Assembly: GCA_964627515.1 (NCBI GenBank)
Contig: CAZVHO010000006.1
Location: forward strand, 9,043-73,042
Reading direction: 5' to 3'
Length of the DNA: 64,000 bases
DNA from: an uncultured Thermodesulfobacteriota bacterium
Lineage (GTDB): Bacteria > Desulfobacterota > RBG-13-43-22
Part shown: piece after piece, positions 1-8,687 of the stretch
How positions within the stretch are numbered: position 1 is the first letter of the stretch
Layout: each line of letters begins with the position of its first letter
Program-made: the position numbers and the translations under genes
Notes under the pieces: model-generated
What the model saw: only the letters and a program-made list of their open reading frames with translations
Database searches by the model: none
What the model was told of the DNA's origin: nothing

Positions 1-233
1 GGCCCTTCGACAATGACGTCTTTTAACTGTTTTTGTCCGTTTAGAACGTGCTGAATATTGTATTTGGTTACCAATCCAAGCAGTACATCCACATTGCTTA
101 AACCCAGGTCGGCATCAAAGACCAACACTTCTTCTCCGAGTTGTCTCAGGGCAATGGCCAGGCTGGTGGCCACATTGGTTTTCCCAACCCCTCCTTTTCC
201 ACTGGTAATGGCGATGGTCCGAATAGGTTTCAT
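1..233 (-). CDS. flhG: MinD/ParA-type ATPase FlhG (flagellar number/placement regulator), N-terminal part; gene continues beyond the left edge
   Basis: Not in the ORF track because it is truncated. Manual minus-strand translation from ATG at 233-231 gives MKPIRTIAITSGKGGVGKTNVATSLAIALRQLGEEVLVFDADLGLSNVDVLLGLVTKYNIQHVLNGQKQLKDVIVEG. It has a deviant Walker A (SGKGGVGKT) and lies directly after flhF. Confidence 0.85.
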   Translation of the reverse strand, partial: MKPIRTIAITSGKGGVGKTNVATSLAIALRQLGEEVLVFDADLGLSNVDVLLGLVTKYNIQHVLNGQKQLKDVIVEG

Positions 234-251
234 ACCGCTTTCCTTGTATCC

Positions 252-1388
252 TTAATGGGTTGGATGGTTTTCGTTAAAATGGTCGGCCTTGGGCTGATTT
301 AAGATTAAGTCCACCAATTGATCATTATTATAAAACGCGATATCGTTGGGTACTTTTTGGCCCGTTGTCAAATAAGCAATGGGTTTTTTGGCCTGGATGG
401 AAAAATTATAAATGGGTCCGAATCCGACGGCCTCATCCATTTTGGTGAAGGCTACACAGTGAACAGGAAATTTCTGGTAACTTAAATAGGATTCGGACAT
501 AAAATCCTCACTGCTGCTGCCGCTGATCAAAAGATGGGTTTCCAGGGGCAGCCCCATTTCATAGATCCCTTTCAATTCATCCGCATAGGAATGGTCTTTG
601 GGGTTTCGGCCGGTGGTGTCAATCAAAATAAGGTCCCGGTCATTCAATTTATGGATCCCCCTACGCACCTCTTCCGGAGAAGAGGCGACGATTAAAGGAA
701 CCCCCAGGATTCTGGAGTAGATCCGAATCTGTTCAATGGCCCCGATGCGAAAGGTATCCAGACTGATGAAACCGACCTTTTTGTTCCGTTTAATAGCCTG
801 ACCGCATAACTTGGCCGCCGTAGTCGTCTTCCCCACTCCGGTAGAACCTATTAAAACAATCGCCTTCTGGTCGGACCAATCCCAGCTCATCTGGAGTTCA
901 TTGAGGATCAATCCGGGAAGGTCATTCAGACCATCGGCCTTTTCCGTCAATTGCAGGGCCAGATCTTCCCGGATATGCCGGTTGCGGAGATAATGATAGA
1001 TCCTTTTTTTGGCTTCCGGCAAAGAAACCTCATACCCTTTTCCTTTCAATTCCTCCAGGCATTGCCGCAATTTTGCAATTTCTTTCAAAACGGGTTCATT
1101 GTCGGGATCAGGATTGGGGGTTCTGGAACCGGAATGATAAGAAGAAAGGGAAACCTTGTCGGGTTCGAATTCCGGGCTCTCTTCCTTTTTCCAATCCAAT
1201 TTATTTCTGGATGGGCTTAAGGTTTCTTCAGGGTCCGAATCGTATTCAATAGCGGCCACCACTTCCACCTTCGGTTTTAATCCATTGATTTCTTCCGAGG
1301 ATAAAATAACCGCCTCATCCCCCAATTCCTTCTTTACCCGATCCAGGGCCTCTCGAAAACTTGCTGCCTGAAATTTTTTAATCTTCAT
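252..1388 (-). CDS. flhF: Flagellar biosynthesis SRP-like GTPase FlhF
   Basis: 378-aa ORF with GTPase motifs GSTGVGKTTTAAKL, DTTGR and TKMDE. It sits between flhA and flhG. Confidence 0.9.
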   Translation of the reverse strand: MKIKKFQAASFREALDRVKKELGDEAVILSSEEINGLKPKVEVVAAIEYDSDPEETLSPSRNKLDWKKEESPEFEPDKVSLSSYHSGSRTPNPDPDNEPVLKEIAKLRQCLEELKGKGYEVSLPEAKKRIYHYLRNRHIREDLALQLTEKADGLNDLPGLILNELQMSWDWSDQKAIVLIGSTGVGKTTTAAKLCGQAIKRNKKVGFISLDTFRIGAIEQIRIYSRILGVPLIVASSPEEVRRGIHKLNDRDLILIDTTGRNPKDHSYADELKGIYEMGLPLETHLLISGSSSEDFMSESYLSYQKFPVHCVAFTKMDEAVGFGPIYNFSIQAKKPIAYLTTGQKVPNDIAFYNNDQLVDLILNQPKADHFNENHPTH

Positions 1389-3408
1389 ATCGTACCATCC
1401 CTAAGGTATATAATTTTGCCGCCGGAGAGATCTCCGCATTGGACAATACGGCTATCGACGGTAAAAACTTGTCGGCGAATCTTCTCAAGAACCGCCTGAC
1501 ATGGGCCGAACACACCAGAACCGGTTGCGCCTCATATTTTCCCCCTTTCCCCAATATTTTTTCTACGGCCCTTAACAACTTGCTGATGAGGTCCGGACTG
1601 ATACTGCCTCCATTCTCAATGCTTTCAGAAATCGGTCTTTCAAACCTCGGGTCCAGGACCAATATAGGGATACTGCCATCCTGGCCTTCATATTGTTTAG
1701 TCAGGTACCTCGAAAGGCCTTGGCGGACATGTTCGGTCAGTAGATCCACATCCTTAAGGGAAGGAGCATGATCCAGCAAGGTTTCCAGAATAGAGACCAT
1801 ATCCTTTATGGGAACCTGCTCTTTGAGCAAATTTTGTAATACCCGCTGCACCCCCCCCAGGGTCATATGGATCGGGATTAATTCATCGACGATCTTGGGA
1901 TAGGATTTGGCTACCCGGTCCAATATATTCTGGACTTCGTTCCGCGTCAAGAGTTCCCAGCCGTATTTTTTAATTAATTCGGTAAGATGGGTGGCTATTA
2001 CGGTCGATAAATCAACAACCATATAACCGGCCATTTGCGCTTTTTCCATCTCCCGGGCTTCAATCCAAAGGGCGGGTAACCCGAAAGCCGGCTCTTTGGT
2101 CGGGACCCCTTTAATATTTTCAGCCTCTCCCGAACCGACGGCCAGCCAATGATTACTCATAATCTCACCCCGGGTTAATTCGATCCCTTTGATTAACAAA
2201 AGGTATTCATGAGGGCGGAGTTGGAGATTATCTTTAATGTGAATCGGAGGGACCACAAACCCCAGATCGGAGGCCAACTGCCTTCTCATTCCCTTTATCT
2301 TATTGAGGAGTTCTCCGTCGCCTTCCACCAGGGGGATCAGTCCATACCCGATCTCCAGGGTCAGGGGATCCATTTCCAGGAAAGATTCAATTTGAGGCTC
2401 TTCCGTCAAACCTTGCGGTTTCTCCTCCTGGATGGCCTTGGCAGCCGGTTGTTTCAGAAAATAAGCCATACCGCCGGTCAGGGCTGAAATCATCAGAAAA
2501 GGAATATGAGGGAGACCGGGGATAAAGCCGAAAACAAATAATATGCCGGAGGCGGTGGCTAACGTTTTGGGATTGACCAGGAGCTGCCTCGTAAGATCCT
2601 TCCCGAGGTCGGTTTCCGAGCCGGCCCGGCTGACTACGATACCGGCCGCCGCTGATATCAGGAGCGCCGGAATTTGAGAAACCAATCCATCCCCGACTGT
2701 TAAAATAGTATAGGTCTGCGCCGCCTCGACCACCGGAAGCCCTAATTGCAGGACCCCGATAATGAACCCTCCCAGAATGTTAATGCCCGTGATCACCAAT
2801 CCGGCAATGGCATCCCCACGGACAAATTTACTGGCCCCGTCCATGGCCCCGTAAAAATCCGCTTCCTGGGAAATCGTGGACCGCCGCCTTCTGGCTTCGG
2901 CTTCATCGATAAGCCCGCTATTCAGGTCGGCATCAATGGCCATCTGCTTACCCGGCATGGCATCCAAAGTAAAGCGGGCGGCCACTTCGGCGATTCTCCC
3001 GGCCCCCTTGGTGATGACCACAAAATTGATGACCACGATGATGATGAAAATAATTAAACCGACCGCATAATTTCCACTGACCACAAAATTCCCGAATGAT
3101 TTTATAACCTGCCCGGCCGCATCAATCCCTTCATTGCCTCTCAACAAGACCAATTTGGTGGAGGCGATATTTAAGGAAAGACGATAAAGGGTCGTCAACA
3201 ACAAAAGGGACGGAAATATGGAAAAATCCAGGGGTTTATTGACAAAGACCGAAGTGATCATGATGACGACCGAAAGAGCGATCGAAAGAGATAGAAAAAG
3301 ATCCAACAAAAACGGCGGAATCGGGAGGAGCATGAGCCCCAGGACACCCATCATGGCAATCGCCACCCCGATCCCTTCCCTGTTTTTCATCCGGTCCATC
3401 AGAGTCAT
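1378..3408 (-). CDS. flhA: Flagellar type III export gate protein FlhA
   Basis: 676-aa ORF with a polytopic N-domain and a large cytoplasmic domain. Conserved FHIPEP stretch VITKGAGRIAEVAARFTLDAMPGKQMAIDADL. Confidence 0.97.
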   Translation of the reverse strand: MTLMDRMKNREGIGVAIAMMGVLGLMLLPIPPFLLDLFLSLSIALSVVIMITSVFVNKPLDFSIFPSLLLLTTLYRLSLNIASTKLVLLRGNEGIDAAGQVIKSFGNFVVSGNYAVGLIIFIIIVVINFVVITKGAGRIAEVAARFTLDAMPGKQMAIDADLNSGLIDEAEARRRRSTISQEADFYGAMDGASKFVRGDAIAGLVITGINILGGFIIGVLQLGLPVVEAAQTYTILTVGDGLVSQIPALLISAAAGIVVSRAGSETDLGKDLTRQLLVNPKTLATASGILFVFGFIPGLPHIPFLMISALTGGMAYFLKQPAAKAIQEEKPQGLTEEPQIESFLEMDPLTLEIGYGLIPLVEGDGELLNKIKGMRRQLASDLGFVVPPIHIKDNLQLRPHEYLLLIKGIELTRGEIMSNHWLAVGSGEAENIKGVPTKEPAFGLPALWIEAREMEKAQMAGYMVVDLSTVIATHLTELIKKYGWELLTRNEVQNILDRVAKSYPKIVDELIPIHMTLGGVQRVLQNLLKEQVPIKDMVSILETLLDHAPSLKDVDLLTEHVRQGLSRYLTKQYEGQDGSIPILVLDPRFERPISESIENGGSISPDLISKLLRAVEKILGKGGKYEAQPVLVCSAHVRRFLRRFADKFLPSIAVLSNAEISPAAKLYTLGMVRYED

Positions 3409-3457
3409 AGCGCATTCCCGTCTAAGGGCCTTAAACCATGTAAATAAGTCGGTGGCA

Positions 3458-4492
3458 TCAGGCGACCTTCTTCATTTTATAGATGTGGGCGATAATCTTG
3501 GCCACGGCCTTATACAGGTCCGGGGGAATATAGGTATTCAACTCCAATTTAAATAATACCCGGGCCAGGGGTTTGTCTTCCACGATGGGAATGCCGGATT
3601 TACGGCCCAGTTCCTTGATTCTTTGCGCCACCAGATCCGCACCTTTGGCCACTACTTTCGGGGCACCCATTTCCTTTTCCAGGTAGCGCAGGGCAATGGC
3701 CAGATGTTGGGGGTTGGTTATGATCACAGCGGCCTTGGGGACTTCTTCCATCATGCGTCGTCTGGCCATTTCCCGCTGCAAACTGCGGAGGCGGGATTTG
3801 ATCAGGGGGTTCCCTTCCACCTCTTTGGCTTCTTCCTTAATTTCATATTTGCTCATCCGCAGGGATTGATCAAATTTCCGTTTTTGTAAGAAATAATCCA
3901 GGATAGCCAGGACGAGATAAAAGAAGAACCCATAAACAAAAGCCCTCAGGATTAAATGCCCGGCGGTTTTGGCCAATTCCATCATCTCCAAATTCATTAA
4001 CAAGGGGAACAGCTCCAGGCTCTTCCGTATAAAATGATAGATCAGAAAGGCTCCGACCAGAAACTTGACCAGGTTTTTCATGGATTCCGTAAAACCATTG
4101 GTGGAATAAATATTCTTAAAGCCGCTCAGAGGGTTCAGTTTCTTAAATTCCAACTGGAGCGGTTTGAAGACCAGTCCCCCTTGTAAGAGGTTCAGCCCTA
4201 TGGAGGCCACAACGATAACCAGGAAAAAGGGGACCAGGATACGAATCGTTTCGAAGGAGGCCATCCTGAAAACCAGAAAAGGGTCCCTCCCGTATTGTAA
4301 ACTCAACAAAGCGGTCGTGACCCCGCTTATTTTTTCCCAAAAAGGGGTAATCCCGTAATAAAAAACCAGGAGGATCCCGCCCATATTACCGATGGCAATC
4401 AGATCGCGGCTCTTGGGGACTTGTCCTTTTTCACGGGCCTTTTGCCGTTTTCGCGGGGTTGCTTTTTCAGTGCGGTCCTGGTTTTCTGCCAT
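3458..4492 (-). CDS. flhB: Flagellar export switch protein FlhB
   Basis: 344-aa ORF with a 4-TM N-domain. The C-domain carries the autocleavage-site variant NPQH (VIITNPQHLAIALRY) and the tail LYKAVAKIIAHIYKM. Confidence 0.95.
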   Translation of the reverse strand: MAENQDRTEKATPRKRQKAREKGQVPKSRDLIAIGNMGGILLVFYYGITPFWEKISGVTTALLSLQYGRDPFLVFRMASFETIRILVPFFLVIVVASIGLNLLQGGLVFKPLQLEFKKLNPLSGFKNIYSTNGFTESMKNLVKFLVGAFLIYHFIRKSLELFPLLMNLEMMELAKTAGHLILRAFVYGFFFYLVLAILDYFLQKRKFDQSLRMSKYEIKEEAKEVEGNPLIKSRLRSLQREMARRRMMEEVPKAAVIITNPQHLAIALRYLEKEMGAPKVVAKGADLVAQRIKELGRKSGIPIVEDKPLARVLFKLELNTYIPPDLYKAVAKIIAHIYKMKKVA

Positions 4493-4499
4493 GATGCCC

Positions 4500-5261
4500 T
4501 TATCCTTTGGCCATTACAATGATTCGGTTAATCTCTTCATTTAAACCTGAAAACCGGACTTCCAAAAAATGGATCAGGAGGGGGGTGGAAAACAATAAGA
4601 TCAACAGTCCCACAAACAAATGGACGGGCATACTGACGAAAAAGATATTGATCTGGGGAGCGGCTTTATAGATAAAGCCCATCAGGATATTGACAATAAT
4701 CATGCCAACCAGGACCGGAGCGGCAATTTTAAGTCCCATAACAAAAATCTGACCGCTGAGGGAAATCCCATTAGCCCACAGGGTGTCCACCTGAATTTTG
4801 GTGACCGGGATAATTTCATAACTCTTGACGATCATATAGAGCAAATCATGATGAAGATCCAAGGTCAAAAAGAGCAACATGGCTATAAGCCCCAAAAGGG
4901 TCGATATTTCCGTGGACTGCCCTATTTCCGGGTTGAACATGGTGGCCATCGAGATCCCCATGGCATCACTGATCAGCGTCCCGGCCAGCTCCACCCCCCA
5001 AAAAATAAGCCGGACGGCAAAACCGATGGTCAATCCCAACAGGAGCTCCTGAACAATAATGATCGGAAGGTCCGAGGTTTTTATTTCCATGGTAATCACG
5101 GGCGCCAGGACATAGGCCAGGGTAATGATCAATCCAGCTTTAAACTGCCTGGGAACCTGCTTTCCGCTCAAAAAAGGCAGGAAAGATAAGATGACCCCCA
5201 GACGGATGAAGAGAATCAGAAAATTCGAAAAATAATGGGTTAAGTCGCCGAGGTTATTCAA
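4500..5261 (-). CDS. fliR: Flagellar export apparatus protein FliR
   Basis: 253-aa polytopic membrane ORF between fliQ and flhB. Size and position are typical of FliR. Confidence 0.88.
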   Translation of the reverse strand: MNNLGDLTHYFSNFLILFIRLGVILSFLPFLSGKQVPRQFKAGLIITLAYVLAPVITMEIKTSDLPIIIVQELLLGLTIGFAVRLIFWGVELAGTLISDAMGISMATMFNPEIGQSTEISTLLGLIAMLLFLTLDLHHDLLYMIVKSYEIIPVTKIQVDTLWANGISLSGQIFVMGLKIAAPVLVGMIIVNILMGFIYKAAPQINIFFVSMPVHLFVGLLILLFSTPLLIHFLEVRFSGLNEEINRIIVMAKG

Positions 5262-5273
5262 GGAACCGTTCCT

Positions 5274-5543
5274 TTATTTAACATACATCGGGATATTTTC
5301 GATAAGGTTGGTTGTATATTGGGTGACGACCTTGGCCATCCAGGGCAACAGCAGATAAAAACAAAGGAAGACGGCCAGAATTTTAGGAATAAAAGTTAAA
5401 GTAAATTCCTGGATCTGGGTCACGGCCTGCAGAAAGCTGATGATCAAGCCTACCAGTAGACTGACCAGCAGGATCGGTCCGGCGCTCAACAGAATCGTCA
5501 TGAATAAATCCAAAAAAATCTCTTTTAATAATTCCGAGGTCAT
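5274..5543 (-). CDS. fliQ: Flagellar export apparatus protein FliQ
   Basis: The ORF track gives 102 aa. The preferred start is the internal Met ([10 protein letters not shown].., 89 aa), which makes an ATGA overlap with the fliP stop. The product is a two-TM hairpin protein. Confidence 0.88.
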   Translation of the reverse strand: MTSELLKEIFLDLFMTILLSAGPILLVSLLVGLIISFLQAVTQIQEFTLTFIPKILAVFLCFYLLLPWMAKVVTQYTTNLIENIPMYVK

Positions 5544-6202
5544 TGAAAAGTCCTGACGAGAGAACCGATGATTAAATTCCAACCATCCACCAAAACGAAC
5601 AGCAATAACTTGAAGGGCAGCGATATCATTACCGGGGGAAGCATCATCATACCCATGGATAATAAAATGCTGGCCACCACCATATCAATCAGAAGAAAGG
5701 GGAGAAAAATCAAAAACCCGATTTCAAAAGCCGTCTTTAATTCGCTGATGGCAAAGGCCGGAATCAATATTTTAAGGGAAAGGTCTTCAAATCTGGCCGG
5801 CGCCTTTTCTTTGGAGAGTTTCAGGAAAAGGGCGATGTCCTTTTGGCGGGTCTGTTTAAGCATAAATTTTTTAATAGAAGGCTCGGCCCGCTGAAAGGCC
5901 TCGGTGAAAGAGATTTTTTTCTCGGTGTAGGGTTGAACGGCATCCTTATTAATGGCATTGATGGTTGGAGACATAACAAAAAGGGTCAAAAACAAAGAAA
6001 GGCCGATAATGACCGGATTGGGCGGAATCTGTTGGGCCCCCAATCCCTGACGTAACAGGGAAAGGACCACCACAATGCGGGTAAAGGAGGTCAGCATGAC
6101 CAGGATGCCAGGCAGAAGGGACAGGAGGCTGATAATAAAAAAGATGGACAGGACCGGATTGTTCAAATCGAATACCTTGTTGAGATCTAAAGCGTTATTC
6201 AT
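5540..6202 (-). CDS. fliP: Flagellar export apparatus protein FliP
   Basis: 220-aa ORF with conserved FliP stretches [19 protein letters not shown] and [25 protein letters not shown]. Confidence 0.94.
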   Translation of the reverse strand: MNNALDLNKVFDLNNPVLSIFFIISLLSLLPGILVMLTSFTRIVVVLSLLRQGLGAQQIPPNPVIIGLSLFLTLFVMSPTINAINKDAVQPYTEKKISFTEAFQRAEPSIKKFMLKQTRQKDIALFLKLSKEKAPARFEDLSLKILIPAFAISELKTAFEIGFLIFLPFLLIDMVVASILLSMGMMMLPPVMISLPFKLLLFVLVDGWNLIIGSLVRTFQ

Positions 6203-6506
6203 CGACGGCTTCTTTCAGCCTGCGCAGCTTTTGGATTCTTTCCGAATAAGGCTCTTCCCTTGGCTCCAACACCTCTTTGGCCTCCAAAGTTTTAAGGACT
6301 CTCAATCCGTTCGGCATGATACCCAAGACCAGTATTTCGTTCCCCACCTGAAGGGCGGCCACACCTTTTTTAGCCCCCAGGGATTGATAGGCCACTAAAT
6401 TAATGATATTGGAATGTTTCTGTTTCCGGCGGTACAAAAACCCGAAAACCCCCATCGACAAGATCAGCCCTATCAAAGCTGTAATAAAGGATAGTGATCC
6501 GTCCAT
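6195..6506 (-). CDS. fliO: Small single-TM protein in the FliO position
   Basis: 103 aa with one N-terminal TM. It lies immediately upstream of fliP and overlaps it. The family is poorly conserved, so the call rests on position and size. Confidence 0.6.
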   Translation of the reverse strand: MDGSLSFITALIGLILSMGVFGFLYRRKQKHSNIINLVAYQSLGAKKGVAALQVGNEILVLGIMPNGLRVLKTLEAKEVLEPREEPYSERIQKLRRLKEAVDE

Positions 6507-6841
6507 TATCTGATCTGTTTGATCCTTTCGGAGGGACTGACGATATCGGTCAGTCTGACCCCGAACTTTTCGTTGACCACCACCACTTCGCCCCGGGCGA
6601 TCAACCGGTTGTTGACATAGATTTCCATGGGTTCCCCGGCCAGTTTTTCCAGTTCGACTACCGACCCCTGCCCTAATTGAAGCAGGTCATTGATTAACAT
6701 CCTGGTCCTGCCCAATTCCACGGAGACCATCAGGGGGATATCTAAGAGGAAATCCAAATCCCGCTGGGTTCCCGAGGGTTTATTTCCACTCAATTCCTCG
6801 AAATTAACTTCTTGCTCTTTCTGTTCCGGTTTTTGCTCCAT
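6506..6841 (-). CDS. fliN: Flagellar C-ring protein FliN
   Basis: 111 aa with a C-terminal SpoA/FliN domain (MEIYVNNRLIARGEVVVVNEKFGVRLTDIV). Confidence 0.9.
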   Translation of the reverse strand: MEQKPEQKEQEVNFEELSGNKPSGTQRDLDFLLDIPLMVSVELGRTRMLINDLLQLGQGSVVELEKLAGEPMEIYVNNRLIARGEVVVVNEKFGVRLTDIVSPSERIKQIR

Positions 6842-6850
6842 AGAGGCTCC

Positions 6851-7828
6851 TTAATTTTTTCTATCCAGGAATCTGGTAATCTTAACGGCCTGATTTCCCC
6901 GGCTGTAACCGGCTGTTCCTTGCATTTTCCGGACCCCCTCCACTCGAACGGCCAAATCATCGGAGATGGAATTTTGCAGGGTAACCACATTACCCACATC
7001 CAGATTGACCAGATCCCGAAGAGATAATTCGGCTTGACCGATTTCCACTTCCAGATTGACATAAGATTCTTTCAAAATTTCACTCAACATTTGGATCCAA
7101 CGTTGATCTTGCGACATGACATCGCTTCGGATACCGGAAAACAACCGGTCCTTGATCGGTTCAACCATCGAATAGGGAATACAAAAAAATACCTTGCCGA
7201 CAAAATTTTCCATTTCGACATGTATTTCTATCTTGATAACCGCTTCCGAAGGGGTAACGATGGTCACAAACTGGGGGTTCATTTCCGAACCGATATGTTC
7301 GGGTTCCATGGGGATAATTCCCTGCCAGGCTGTGGTCAAATCGTTCAAGGCGGTGGTGACGATCTTTTTAATAATCTTTTGCTCGATAGGGGTAAAATAC
7401 CGGCCTTCGCTTTTCACCCAGGGTTTGCTCCCTCCCCCGAAAAAATAATCGACAAAAGCGAAGACCATGGGGGCCTCAATAACAAAAAGGGCAAACCCTT
7501 TCAGAGGTTCCATTTTAAAGATATTTATGCTCGACGGCAGGGGGAGGGTCCTCATGAATTCCCCGAATTTTATCAAGTCATGGCCCTGAATATGGACGTC
7601 GACGAATTTCATAATAATATTGGAAATGGAATTTCGAAAAAACCGCCCAAACCGTTCATTGGCCATTTCCAACCCGGGCATCCGTCCCCGAATGACCCGC
7701 TCATACGCGGTGAAATCAAAATTTCTTACGCTGCCGGGTGTCCCTTTTTTAGGTTCGGTTTCTATTTCTCCCGAATCCATCCCCTTGAGCAGGGCATCCA
7801 CTTCGTCTTGGGAGAGGAGGTTATTCAT
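6851..7828 (-). CDS. fliM: Flagellar C-ring switch protein FliM
   Basis: 325 aa with the N-terminal CheY-P binding motif LSQDEVDALL, a CheC-like middle domain and a SpoA-like C-terminus. Confidence 0.93.
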   Translation of the reverse strand: MNNLLSQDEVDALLKGMDSGEIETEPKKGTPGSVRNFDFTAYERVIRGRMPGLEMANERFGRFFRNSISNIIMKFVDVHIQGHDLIKFGEFMRTLPLPSSINIFKMEPLKGFALFVIEAPMVFAFVDYFFGGGSKPWVKSEGRYFTPIEQKIIKKIVTTALNDLTTAWQGIIPMEPEHIGSEMNPQFVTIVTPSEAVIKIEIHVEMENFVGKVFFCIPYSMVEPIKDRLFSGIRSDVMSQDQRWIQMLSEILKESYVNLEVEIGQAELSLRDLVNLDVGNVVTLQNSISDDLAVRVEGVRKMQGTAGYSRGNQAVKITRFLDRKN

Positions 7829-8340
7829 TGCATCACAAAATCCGTGAAATAGACATTTTTAAAAAGCTCTTTTTCCATAGCCTGATTGGCCCGAAGTAAA
7901 ATCTCATCCTTCAATTGAAATTTCCCTTCCGCCGAAGAAACAGAATCCACCGTTTTGCTGCTCAACAGCATAATGATCAAATCCCTTAATTTCGGGGTTC
8001 TTTCTTTGACCTTGGCATCATCTTTTTCATCCTTCAATTCAAACTGAATCGACACCTTAAGATGTCTTCCCGGGTCGGCCAGATTGAGGATAAAAGGTTC
8101 CATGGAAACGAGGGCCATTTTCTCCGGCCCTTTTTTTTCATCATGAGCGGTTTTGGGGGCTTTGTCTTTTTCATGGGACAGCATGGAATAACCGACATAC
8201 CCCCCACCCCCCAAAAGCAGGACCACACCCCCCACCAGGATCATCATCTTCATCCCCAGGCCTTTTTTGGGGGCGGTCTTTTTCTCCGGAGTCCCATCCC
8301 CCATTTCGTCGATCATGATATCAGCCTTTTCGTTAGCCAT
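7825..8340 (-). CDS. fliL: Flagellar basal-body-associated protein FliL
   Basis: Single TM (MKMMILVGGVVLLLGGGGYV) and the FliL C-domain (FILNLADPGRHLKVSIQFEL). The ORF track starts at TTG 8400. I prefer ATG 8340 (MANEKADIM..) because GAGGGGA lies 8 nt upstream and a promoter-like site overlaps 8397-8411. Confidence 0.75.
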   Translation of the reverse strand: MANEKADIMIDEMGDGTPEKKTAPKKGLGMKMMILVGGVVLLLGGGGYVGYSMLSHEKDKAPKTAHDEKKGPEKMALVSMEPFILNLADPGRHLKVSIQFELKDEKDDAKVKERTPKLRDLIIMLLSSKTVDSVSSAEGKFQLKDEILLRANQAMEKELFKNVYFTDFVMQ

Positions 8341-8396
8341 ATTATATCCCCTCAGTGCAATTTCAGATCCTTCGGTTATCTTGATCTTCTTATCTT

Positions 8397-8411
8397 TCAA
8401 ATATCATGCCG
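8397..8411 (-). promoter_or_regulatory. Candidate sigma-54-type promoter upstream of fliL with non-canonical -12 (CGGCAT-N5-TTGA)
   Basis: The minus strand reads CGGCATGATATTTGA with exact GG-N10 spacing but GA instead of GC at -12. It lies 57 nt upstream of ATG 8340. Confidence 0.3.
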
Positions 8412-8587
8412 AACTAAAAAACAATGAAATATAAGGGAATAATAGAAAGAAAGCACTCGTCAGAGTGGTTTGGGGCGTCAAAGAAGTGACTCGGTGCTGG
8501 TTTTTTAACTGAAGAGAATTTAAGAGGGGAAAGGGATTATAGGAGAATTTATTTCTAACATAGATACTGTTGCGGGTTACAGCGGGG

Positions 8588-8639
8588 CGTTGCTCGTTAC
8601 TGGTTGCTCGTTAAAACGAGCAACCAGTAACGAGCAACG
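8588..8639. repeat. Perfect 23-25 bp inverted repeat (hairpin) built from 7-nt periodic units
   Basis: CGTTGCTCGTTACTGGTTGCTCGTT-AA-AACGAGCAACCAGTAACGAGCAACG. Each arm reads as GTTGCTC/GTTACTG/GTTGCTC. It lies between the flgE stop and the fliL start. No flanking T-tract on either strand. Confidence 0.85.
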
Positions 8640-8687
8640 GAGAAATTTCAAATAGCTTTGTTTGGCTTTTTACGAAGGCATCATCCT

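Noticed and set aside
58-255. 65-aa plus-strand ORF at the left edge
   Set aside because: It is antisense to the clearly recognisable flhG N-terminus (Walker A SGKGGVGKT on the minus strand). Its composition is S/T/P-rich and it has no RBS.
7034-7852. Long antisense ORFs opposite well-supported genes (also 11098-11883, 47007-48005, 52790-53497, 53676-54671, 54653-55636, 61096-61656, 62485-63021)
   Set aside because: Each lies entirely opposite a gene with strong family motifs (fliM, fliK, OYE, livM, livH, the binding protein, the molybdoenzyme). The translations are low-complexity (G/H/D/P/R-rich), as expected for antisense frames.
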